Of a DNA stretch of 28,962 nucleotides, positions 12,203 to 24,900 are shown piece after piece. The notes beneath the pieces are model-generated. The model was not told the DNA's origin. It did no database searches and saw only the letters and a program-made list of their open reading frames with translations. A program made the translations under genes and the position numbers. Source of the DNA: Bugula neritina (Eukaryota > Animalia > Bryozoa). The stretch's first letter is position 1. The number at the start of each line of letters is the position of its first letter. Where the stretch lies: the NCBI GenBank assembly GCA_964035545.1, contig CAXIUT010000156.1:1-28962 (forward strand), in the 5' to 3' direction.

Positions 12203-12909
12203 ATGTAAAGAGTCTTGAAAGAACAAGAACTAGAATAAATATATAACTGGGTTGATGAAATCCCACTTTCGAGACCTAAAAGAAATATGGCGAGGGATTT
12301 TGCTGATGCAGGTAGGTTGATTATGATTTAGTACTTATGGCTGAGATGATTGCTCATTTTAACCCTAAAATAGTAGAATTACATAATTATATTGCCACTG
12401 GATCTCTCACCCAAAAAATAACCAACTGGAAACTACTGAATGGTATTATTTAATTAATGAAGACAAAGCTCTTAAGAAAATGAAGATTACTTTATCTCCT
12501 GAAGACATTGATAATCTAGCTAATTCAACTCCAAATTAAATAGAAAAGTTGATTTATCTAGTACGAAAGACCATCATGAATTAATAAAAAAACACTCCAA
12601 CAGTCACATCAAAAATATCTAAAGTGTCAAGAATGACTCTAGGAATTGGTTAAAAGAAAGTTGAAAAGAAAGTCTACTCGCTAAAAGAAGCGTAATAATC
12701 ACAATATCTAGAAAAAGAGTCAAATAGGTGGCATAGTTGTTAGATCACAAAGACAAATGCATTGATGTACTCAAAGAACAAGTTGAAGTATTCATAGAAT
12801 AAGATAGATATTGGTTCTTAAATTTAGCAAGCTAGAAGAAATAGTGAAATCAAAAGATAAGCAAATATAATAGTTAGTAAAGAAAATAAAAACTAAGGGA
12901 TTAACTTGA
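12203..12909 (+). CDS. SPEF1: Sperm flagellar protein 1 / CLAMP (CH domain + C-terminal coiled coil), 208 aa, four 20-nt introns
   Basis: IYNWVDEIPLSRPKRNMARDFADAVLMAE....PKIVELHNY.....QKITNW is the SPEF1 CH-domain signature. Introns lie at 12312-12331, 12443-12462, 12692-12711 and 12788-12807. Spliced length is 627 nt, ending in TGA. Confidence 0.93.
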
Positions 12910-12950
12910 TTATTATATATTTTTAGTTTTAATGATTAAATAATAACATA

Positions 12951-15818
12951 TCAAGAAATACTTAAAAATTAATGATGCCAAGAGATCCATCCATCTTGAA
13001 ACACAATTCCCAGTTGATATTGATTCTTACACTTTAGATTAAATAAAATATTGATTTTATTTGATACTTTTTCTATTTTTCCTGTCTATAACTTACATTT
13101 TCCACTTAAAACATATCCTCTATCGATTTCCAATTAGACAGGATTAAAAATTATTTCATGAGATAAATCAATATTCTCTTGAGAAATGATTGTATACTCT
13201 AAAATCTTTTTATGATATTTATCAGTTGTTTAAGAATCATTAATTTTGAAGAAAACCTCTCTTTAACAAGTGTCCATTAAGTAATGATGAGGAATAATCA
13301 CATTCATTGATCCTTTTTCACTAGGTTAAAATATATTTTCCCATGTAATAATTTATTTTAACTCCTTTTTATCTTTTTCTAATGAACTCATTTTTTATCT
13401 GAGGAAAGTGATAGCTACAGTATTATTTTATTTAAATTTGTACTAGTTTTAATCATGAAGTATCTTATAAGAATTAGAACTGGTTGAACTATTTATGTGT
13501 TTTATTATTAATTTAATTTTATAATATTTTTAGATTATTTTCAAATTAGGAGATAAATTTTTATATATTTTTTATATCATTGGAGTTATTATTTCCTCAA
13601 CTTGATATTAAAATTGCTGATAAAAGTTACATTTTGAAATATAATGCTTTAAAGTTTGATATTTTGTTTGAAGAGATCCTATATATTCTAAAGAAAATTA
13701 TAATCTTGCTATTTTATTTCTAGGAGCTTTTAACTTTTTCAACTATATTACGACAACTCCATTTAACATTGATATTTCATTTTTATTGTTTTATTGATTC
13801 TAAATTATCCTCAAATTATTTTAAAGTTCAAAATTGATTCCTTTAAAATTATTTTAAGTCGATAAAATAATCTAATTTTATTGAAAACCAACATCTACAG
13901 TATAATAAACTGCTATACTTAGTCTAATCAGACAAAAAGGGACAGTCAATAGATTCTTCTTCAAAGTTGTCGATAAATTTAAATAAGAAGATTCTTCTAA
14001 ATTATATTATTTACTGACCAAAAGGTCAATTTAAGGTTGTTTCTAGTAAATTTAAAATTTTATCGGAGATGGTAAATCTATCTTTGTTTTGAAATTCCAT
14101 ATAAACAATTCTAGATGAGAGATTTCCCAAATTTACTATGAAGCTCCCTTTAAATTTATTTTTTATGAGAATTTATGTAAACTTTTAGGTTATATGTAAC
14201 AATAAAATTAAGGTTTCGATAAAATACGAGATGGATCTGCAAAAGAATGCACTTAAAGACATATTTTAAGTCGAATAGGGAAAAAGATAGAGTTAGATAT
14301 AATTAATTTAAATTATATTTCTTCATTTTCCTAAAAAAGTAAATTTTAACTTTTTTTCCAACTGATAAATAATCCAGATCCACTTTTCTTTTGAGACTAT
14401 CTTGTTCCTATTCTATTCTGTTTAGGTTTAATCTTTGATTCAATTACAGCAAATTAGGTAAGATTGATAAAATCTATTTTTTTAAGTTCTAAGAAAGGAT
14501 GATTGTTAAAATTAAGTTATGATAAAGTGTTTTCTATTTATTTTTCTTCAAGATTATTTCCACATTTAGATAGTAATTAGAGATAAGATTCAATAATTTT
14601 ATTTTCTTACTTACTTGAAGAAATAATCATTTGCAAGACATTTTTATATAATACGGGAAATGATTGTACTTCTGGTGATTTTTGAATTTAGGATAACAAT
14701 ATTTCACTTATTTATGATTTTTTGTTTAAGTGGATTTGAGAAGCCAAAAAATAAAAAAGATTTTTCTTTCTATTCAATCCACATAAACCATAAAGATCAC
14801 CAAATACAGTATATAATAAAAACTGTTAATCTTAATGCAGTAATTTGGCATTGTTCGAAATGAAGATCTTAAGTAGTTCATCTAATTTTTAAGGCTGATG
14901 TTGATATAACTTGGCAACTTTAAGATAGTTTTAACATTAAAAATTCCAATTCTTAGTCTTTTTAGCTATAATATATGTTTATCCAATCAAATTTTATAGA
15001 TATTCTTCATAATTAGATAAACTCAAACTCTGATAAACTGCAGTGCATGCTAACTTTCCTTGTAACGTACCTAAAATCCACAAATAATCATCATATTTTC
15101 TCAACTGTTCTTCAGCCTAACAATAACATAAGAAGGCCTATTTAAATAATTGAAGCATCAATAAATAGTCTCCACACAACTTGATACATCTATATTTCTT
15201 TTTCTTCTTCATAACTTTGGGCTCACACTTCTCTTACATCCTATTAAACACAATTGTACGATTACTTTCATCTTATTTTTTGACCTCAACTATCATATTG
15301 CAGATATCCGATTCAACATAAGATAGACAATTATAAAGCCATGGCTAAATGAAATCTCTGAACTAATTAAGATTTAAATCAGGATATTTGCTTATATTTT
15401 ATCTTTTGATTAGATTTTAAAAGGTACAAGCACCCATGTCTAAGATACCTATTACTTTAACAGAATGATCATTTTTAGTTTTAGCTATTGCTTCCTAAAT
15501 AGCTCTTTAATCACTGGCTTCATCGATTATTCCAATTGCATATCTGATTTTATAGATGATCTCAAATTAAGGCCAATCAGTAAGAAGTTATTCAGGAGTA
15601 AAATAAAACTTTTGAAAACAATTATCACGATTTATCAGAATTTATGTATTTGGATTTTGTTCTTGTCGAGTGTATCTTTCATCTGTTGATAACGAATAAT
15701 ATTGATAGTAGAGAGATTATTAAAGTTTTTTTTGAGATTTAGGGCTGATAGCGGTAATAGATTTGATCAAGATAGGAATCCTGAAGTAGTCTTCAAGTGT
15801 TTTACTATATGTTGCCAT
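12951..15818 (-). CDS. TRAPPC9: TRAPP II subunit TRAPPC9/Trs120-like, 955 aa, intronless
   Basis: One frame with no TGA from the ATG at 15818 to the TGA at 12953-12951, checked manually. KYRCIKLCGDYLLML...A...Y..AEEQLRKYDDYLWILGTLQG and G..RK match Trs120/TRAPPC9 N-terminal motifs. The C-terminal half is divergent. Confidence 0.75.
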
Positions 15819-15989
15819 GCTATTTTATAGATATTAATTGACAACATTTAATCATATAATCATATAATCTATACTCATGACTAAAATTATTATTATCATT
15901 ATAAAGCTTGTATAATCTGACTATTTGAATATTCCATATCATAATGATAGTTAGTTGTAACTTATAACAATCAATTAATTATCTTTTCA

Positions 15990-18900
15990 ATGTCAAACCA
16001 AAAGAAATCACAAAAAATAATTATGTATTCAAGGGATATCAGTAGTCTCCCTCACTCTCTCTCCACTAAACACATACAACCAGATGTTCCCATAATTGAA
16101 GAAGATTCAATTTATCCCAGAGTATTTCCTAATAGTAAAATTCCACTAAAAGTCGCTTTGACAAGAAAATTACGTTCTTTTGAAGAGTACAATCTCAATT
16201 AAGTTCTTTCAAATATCTAATGGAAAAAAGATAAATAACTTATGGATCTTATGTACTTTAACTTTTAACTTTGGACTACCATATAATAATGCACTTCTGA
16301 AAGATTAAGTAAAAAAATCATTAAAGCAAGAGCCTTTGATGGTTCTAAAAATATTTTTAGAGAGTTTACAGCTGTTTCAGTTATTAAGAAATAAGAATAG
16401 TTTTTTATCCGAGGATATTTTGATGATGATAACTCAAAAGAAATTTAGCTCAATAAATTTTATGTCTGCTTCAGTTTTTAAAATCCTCAAAAATACTCAG
16501 AAATAGTGTTTAAAGCTGCCAATAATCGTGAATAATTTGTTAATAATGCCAGATATGGCTTCTATATCGACAATATTGATCTTTAATAAGCTCCCCAGAT
16601 ACCAAAATATCTTTTAAACAACATAACAGCTAAAACAGGAATGAGTTTTTTCGATATAAAAACTTTTACAGAAGTGAATGATCAATTTAAAAGAACTATG
16701 AATGAAATTCTTTTCAACCATTCCCTCTTAAATGAACCTGGGTTGAAAGTTTATAATATTAAAAGACCAACCATCAAGAAGCCTTTGGAATATAAACCTA
16801 AAAACAGAATAATTAAACTTTCAAAAGATAATAAGGTATTCAAACTAGTTCTCAAATCAATGAAAAGTAAAATAGAAGAAATTGAGTCTAAAAATTTATT
16901 TTTCAGATAAGATCTCCTCGAATTAGTTCAAAAAATAAAACAAAAACTATCTTCAATGCCTCAGCATAGAATATTTGATCTCAGTTAAGATATGAACGTT
17001 ATTGAACGATTAGTAGCTGATAATATGCTTATGGTAGGTTATTTTACTGTTTATCTTGAGGAGTTAATGAACTGGATAGGAAAATTAATCAGAAAAGAAT
17101 TAGAATAGCGATCTGAAGGATGGTTTAAAATTTACAAGAGTGATAGAAATACTTATTTAATGAGTAAGTTAAGGAGATTATTTATTTTCATAGAACAAAT
17201 CATCAAAACCAATCTTAAAGATCATATTAGATAATAACTAATCAGATATTAAGCAGTTATAAACAAGAGCTTACCAATCCATATCGAATTCTAATCTTTT
17301 TCAAATTTTTAAATAAAATTTAAACATACAGAGGATAAAGATGTTTAATTTAGTCCATTACTTGTTATTAATTTGACAATCAACAAAGGAGACATAATAT
17401 TACCTTTTAGTCGAAATAAAATTAAATAACAAATAATCAAGAACATTATGAGTGTTTTAGGTAAACTTTCAAAAATAAATAGTCCTCAAAACAGAAGTCT
17501 AGCATAGATTTATTCAATGTTCAAAGATCATTTCGGAATTGATATCTAAATTCCTCTTTAGTATTCAACTATCAATGAATAATCAGAAATATAAGATATT
17601 AAAAAGAACAAATATCAATTTGATTGGATACAAAAATAACTTGACCTCCTCTTTGATCGGATAGGTGAAATGACTGATAGTTTGACTTTTATTGAAAAAC
17701 ATCTAGAATCAATAACTAGAGAAATCAAACTTAAATAAGCCAATCATTAAGTTATTGCACCTAATATAAAAATATAATAAATAATAACTAAAATAAATTA
17801 ATACAAATCTTTGATAAAGAAAATAGATGAACTTTTACCTTAACAAGGCATTAATTTTGGATCTTTTCATATTGAATATCTGGGAACAAAAAATCAAATA
17901 ATGGATCTTTTTTAGATCAATATAGGTTTATACAAAAACAAACTTATTAAATAATATCAATATTTTTCAAACAAACTTTAAAAATAACTTCAAAATCTCA
18001 TAGATTAAATTTCATAAAAACCTGCTGATATCTACTAGTTAGTTAAACAAAGATAAAAATTATAAAATCTACAATCTATTATTGGATAATTTAATTAAGA
18101 ATATTAAGTATATCTATTTGAACTTTGTTAATCAAATAATTGTGTTCTATCTAAATAAGATTACAATCGTAGATGGAAAAATACAGGTAAAATATCAAAA
18201 ACTTTTAATCTTCAAAAAGAAAAGAAAAAATAATATTAATAAATAAAAAAAGTAATATCAAAATAAATATAAAAACAACAAGGAAATATTGATGATAGTC
18301 TTGAACTTTTTGAAGTTACTTTATCTGTAGTAAGAACAAATGCAAATAGATAAGATTATTTATAAAACTTCGAGAAATTAAAACATCTTAGAGTTTAATA
18401 TGAAGTCCTTAAGAAGTAAATACAAGATGTAAGATATAAATAAGTTCATTTATAATTACCTCAAAATTCTTTTGAATCTTTCGAGAAGTTATAAGATGAT
18501 TTTTTAGTTCTTTTTCACTTTTGGGAAAGTATATATTTATGGTAGAAAAATAAAAAAATATGGTATTCTTCAAAATTCAAGGAATTTGATCTTGGAAAAC
18601 CTGAAATTATACTTAATTAAATCATGAATACTATTAAGAAAATATAAAAAACTGTCAAGGAAAGATATGGACCATAATCTTATAAACTTCTTCTTTAAAT
18701 AAAAAAATAGATATAGTTTTTTGAATAAAATCATTTAAAGTTACTCCAATTATTGAAAAAATAAGGATTTACAAAAAAACATTTACAAAAAATAGCAATT
18801 TCTATTGACAATGAAATTGGATAACTAACTTTAGACTATGCCCTTAGCAATAACTTTCTTTAAAAGATAGATGACATCTAAGCTGTTTCTAATGATGCTT

Positions 18901-21900
18901 GGAATGAATTTTATTTATAACAAACCTTGGATAGAGTATTTTCACAACTAATACAAGCTAAATATGAAATCATATTTTATCTTGATAAAAAAAATAATTA
19001 GATTCCTTTGATTAATAACTATAACTCATTAAATTAAAAGTTAGAACAAATTATACTTTAACTTTAATCAGTACAGTTTAATCCTATGAAACATCAATAT
19101 TAAAAAAAAATTAACGATCTTTATGAAAAAAGTTTATATATTTCTAAATCTTTATAAAGTTGTTAAATCTTTCAAAAGAAACTTATAGAATTACATCCTA
19201 TTTTTGACTCGACTGATGTAGTAAAGCAACTTCCTGTTTAAAATAAACTTTTTACAAAGATGTTAAGAAATTGGATATAAATGGCTAATTATATGAAAAA
19301 AATAGTTTCAGTTTATGATTCTTGTAATAGTCAAAATATTTATTAAAAAATAACTTCTATGATCAATAAAATATAAACAGTAAAAGTTGGTCTCAGCAAT
19401 TATCTACAACAAAAAAGACAAAGCTTCAATAGATTTTATCTTTTAACTGATCAATAACTCTATTAGCTCTATGCATCAACAAACGATATGAAAATATTGA
19501 GCAAGCATATCTCCAAACTCTTCTCCTAATTAAATAATCTAACATTTGATGAAGAATATATCATAGCTATCAATGGTAAACATAACACTCTCACTCTCCA
19601 TAACAAAGTTCACTTTTATAGAGTAAATTTGTAAGAATGGCTGGTCAGCCTTGAGAGATCTATTACTAATACCTTAAAAATACATATTGATAAACTACTA
19701 ATAAGTAAAAATAAATGGACAAGTATGTTGAATTAATGTTCACAAGCTATTTTGATTGCTTACTAAATTGGTAAAACCTTTGATATTGAATCAATGAAAA
19801 ATTATAAAAAGGTTATTTAAGGATAAAGAAATATTATAAGAAAGTTAGTTGATTTAAAAAAGAATAGTCCACTTAATATTGCCTAAACTACCAATTTAGG
19901 ATCTCTCATGGTCCTTGCTCTTTACTATAGTGATAAAATAAGCTTCCTCCTCAATAATAATATTACAGAGATTGATAATTTTTAAATTAAAAGATTAGTT
20001 AAGCTTTACTATCGAGAGTAATAAATCAAAATAAAATCATTTGAAACTTAATTAGATTATGGATATTAATATCTTGGTCTGGTCAAAAGATTAGTTTTAA
20101 CTTCTTTAACTTAAAAAATGCAATTGATATATATGTAAGCCCTTAGATATTCACTAGGAGGAGCTGCAATAGGTCCAGCAGGAACAGGAAAAAGTTAAAC
20201 TACCAAAGATATCGGCAGAATATGTGGTAAAACTTGCATCATTTATAATTGTTCAGAAAGTTTAAACATAGATATTATAACAAAGATTCTTAAAGGAATG
20301 GCTGTGACTGGTTTATGGGTCTGTTTCGATGAGTTCAACAGGTTAAGTTATCAAGTTTTAAACATGATAAGTGAGTAACTATCTATAATTTTCAAGTATA
20401 AAGCAATGGGATTGAAACTTTAAATTCAATATGACAGAGAATATATTAATTTTAGACCAGATTTTCATCTGTGCATTACTTATAATCCAAGTTATGTGGG
20501 AAGACAAAATATACCTAAACATGTAAGCAAACACTTTAGAACCGTAGCCATGGTTAACTGCGATAAAAAAGTTATTTGTCAGTTGATACTCTACTCGAAA
20601 GGATTTAGAGAAGCATAAGATCTATCCAATAAGCTAAATAGAATTTTCTAATATTGTGAACAATTATGGTTTAACTTCGAACTTTATGATTTTGGTCTTA
20701 GAAGTCTTATCAGTGTTATTGAACTAACTGGAATTCTCTATAAAGGATAAGGTAAAGGAGTTAGTTAAATCATTGAATCTCTTAAAATATTGATATTACC
20801 TAGACTAATTCATCATCATAGAGAAATAATGATGGATATAACTTCTAAAATATTTGAAGAAAAAGGATTAAAAGAGATTAACAGAGGATACTAGGGCTAA
20901 GCTGATCGTTTGAGACATATTTTATAGGTGAGAATAGGTATTATATTGTTAGGTGATATTTTTTCAGGTAAAAAAACTACAATGGAAATTTTCTAAAAAA
21001 AGCATAAAGACTATAAAGTATAAAATATCCATATAAATTCTCTATCAGTTGAATAGATTTATGGTTAAACTAACCAAACAACTAGAATATTCAAAGATGG
21101 ATATCTAACTAAAAAGATTCGTTAATATATCCGCTAAAATGACTAAAATAATTTATTAATTCATATTCAAGGAGTTATTTTTTCAGATTGGATTTAAAAT
21201 CTTAATAGTGTTCTTGATAACAGCAGAAGTTTGAGTTTACCTTCAGGTTAGATTCTAAGTATCTCTTAAAATATAAAATTTCTTATCAGTTGCTCACATC
21301 TTTAATTTGCATCACCTGCAACTATCAGTCGTTCCTGTGTCATCAGCTATAAACAAAAATAGTTAAAATAAATAATAAAGTTTGAGTCTGGCTAATAAAG
21401 AATAAAAAACAAAATTATTGATAGTTATGAGGAGATCATGGGTTCTATCAAGTAACATCTCAAATATATACTTGATGAAAGGTTACTTATTCATTGGTTT
21501 AATAAATATTTGGCAAGAAGTAAGATCAGTCTCAGCATGTAAAGTTTTTGGCATTTTTTGTCTCTTATTCTATTCGGTTGTTTGAAATAAGAAGGCAAAA
21601 AAATAATAACTCATTTTGGAAGAATTAATTTCGCTTTATAAGAAGATATTTTTGAACTCTACTGGGATGGATAAAACTGGAAAAAAATGAAAGATATGGT
21701 GAGTATTACCAATCGACTGGATTTGAAGAAATTTAATCCTAATTAAGTAGTTATCAAAGAATCTAAATACAAAAGAATATAATATAATAATATAATTTTT
21801 CTAAAGAAACATGTCTCATAAGATGTTCTCCTTCTTGTTGGTCCCTTAAACTCAGGAAAATCATCAATTATCAAATAAATATATTCAGGAGTTGATCATA

Positions 21901-24900
21901 GATTATATGCTTTTAATAAAATAAGTTTAAGTCGTAAAATGAAACGAAACCAACTATTCAATATTATCGATAGTTTACTTCATAGAAAATCAAACAAACG
22001 TAAAGGAATGCTTCAAGGTCGTTAGATGATAGTTTTTGCTGACGACATAAACTTACCTGAATCGAACTAATTCAAATATAAAGAAATAATATCATTTTTA
22101 ATACTTTTATTGCAAAAGAAAGGTTATTATAACTATAATCATCTTTAATTTGAAACTATTTAAGATTTACTTCTTATAGCCAGTTATAATACTTCAGTAA
22201 ATTAAGTTTAGTTGGATAAATAGTTTATGAAATTAGTTCTACCTGTTTTTGTTAATAGTTATAATCATGATTAAAGTTTTAAAATATTCAAAGAAGTTAT
22301 CGATAAATGCAATAAATTTATACAATTTAGAAATATTTTTTAATAACTAACTTAAAGTCTCATCAAAATAATGAAAAATATTTAATAAATAAGTTAATAG
22401 TTAATGCCACGTTACCTTAGTTTCGATTTCATAAACTATAGAAAAATCATAAGTAATATTCTTCTTTGGGATTTATCACGAATTAATTCAATTAGCAATA
22501 GTAATATTAAATAACTATTCGTTTTCTAAACATAAAGAATGCTTCTATGCCGCTTTCAGTAAATATCAACTATCAACCGATTAAAATAAATCATTCGAAG
22601 TCACTATGACTATGATAGAAGTTAAATTGGACTTTTGAATGGATTTTCTCAAAGTATGAATGGAACTATTATTGAGAAGAATATCTGTAATAAAGTAGAA
22701 AATTTTGGAGATTTCATGAGAGAAGTTTAATATATTTGTGATTAATACATGATGTCGATTGGTAAAAATAATTAAAGTTTAGTTGTATTGCCTTAATTAT
22801 GTATTCTGTTATGTCAAGTATCAAGAGGATTGATTTTATCTGGTGGAAATATTTCTGTTGTTGGGCTTCCTAAATGTGGTAAAAAGGTTCTTATTTATCT
22901 ATGTAACTACTTAATTCATGGTAAAATTTATAAAATAAGTGATAATTATGATCAAAAAAATTGGTATTAAGTTATCAGAAGTGCCTCTAAATAATCATTT
23001 ATTAATAAATGTCCATCTGTATTAATGATAGAGCATTTTCAACTAAAATAAGTAATACAGAAGTAATAGTTAAATATCTTATTAAAAACTTATTTTATTG
23101 CTCAAGCTTATACTTAAGCTGATTATGAAGAACTTATTTTTTTGTTTCAAAATAAACTTATTAGAGATAATGTTGCTATAAATAAAGAAAATGCTACTTC
23201 TTATTTCGTTAAATATCTTATACAAAATTTAAAAATAGTTTTATCATTTAATCCTAAAATGAAATCTTTTCGATAAGATCTGATCAACTATCCCTCTTTT
23301 TCAAAACATACTGATTTCTATTGGATTACAGAATGGCCTACATAATCTTTACTTATGATATCAACACAAACTCTTTTAGAAAGCTAATTTTAACCTTATC
23401 TTTAAGTTTTTCCTAGAATTCATCAGAAATGTAAAATGATATCAAGATAAAAATCTAATTTTCCTCAGTGGGAAGGTCTTTATCTTGATTTTTTGAAAAT
23501 ATTCAGTGGTTTTTATTAATAAAATAAGAAGGAACTTCAAACAATAATGAATTTATTGGATAGAAGTTTCAATATAATCAAATAAACCTAAGCAAAATTA
23601 TAAGGAACAAGAGATTAAATAAAAAATCTTCAACCTAAAATACTAATACTTGAAAAATAGACAATAAAAACAATAAAAACTTTAAATGTTCAAAAATCAA
23701 ATGCTTAAAGTGCAAATTAAGTCTTAGTGAAGAAATAGACATAATGTGATAAGATAATAGGGTAAACAAACGCAGTGAAGTCAAAATTATAAATTTTGAA
23801 TGCAAAAGTTTAATAAGATCTTAAAAAAGCTTGGTAAAATGTATATTTAGTTAAACAATCTCATATCGCATAGATAAAAGCACTTCTTAATCCTTCAGAT
23901 CTGATCAGAATTGTAATAACAGCTATTCTAATTGTACTAAATGAAGGATAAATATAAATAATAAAAGTTAGAAGTGAAAATGGTATGTCTTTTGAATAAA
24001 ACTATTTCTAAACCGGAAAAAGATGGATTCTTTCCAAAGATTCTAAACAAATTACAAGATTATTGACTGAATATAAAAAATAAAAATTAACAAAACAAAA
24101 AATTCATATACTTGAATAAAAATGTCTAAATCATCCTCGTTGGAATATAATTGAGGCTAAAAGTGCTAATAAGGCAATATATTTCTTTTTTATTTGGGTA
24201 GAAGCTGTAGTTAAATACTACAGACTGTATCAAGAAACAATGCCAATGCGAAAAGATTTATAAAAAGCAAATGCTGTATTATAAGGTAAAACACAAGAAG
24301 TCTAAATAGTAAAAAAATAGTTATCAATATATGAAGTAAAAATGAAACAACTATCTGATTTTTTGAAATAGAAAACAACGAAATTAGATGAATATACTGA
24401 TCAGATAAAGTTATTTTAGAAAATGCTGAATAGAGGATACTAGATATTAAAATAAATAGAAACATAAAAAAGTAAATGGTAAAATTATAAATAATAAATA
24501 TAATAAAAAGTAAAACTTAATTTAGGTAATAGCATTATCAGTTCAGTTTTAGTTATTTATGTTGCTCCTCATTTCAAATAAATACGTCAAGATATTCTTC
24601 AGTAAACTAAATCTATTCTTTAATAAAAATAAATTTAATTTAATAAATAAAATATCTTTTGGTATCTTAAAAATGATTAAGAAATATTTATGAAAGAAAT
24701 AGGTATATATCATAATTAGTATATCCTTAATAATCTAAAAATTATTTAAAAAACATCCAAAAAAGTATTTATTATTGATCCCTAAGAATAAGGCTTCAAA
24801 TATATTAAGCTTAGATATCGAATGGAAGGTATTATGTTTTTGCAAAAAATAAATTTCTATCATCAATCTTTTAAAAAAATGCTCTAAAAAGGACTAAAAG

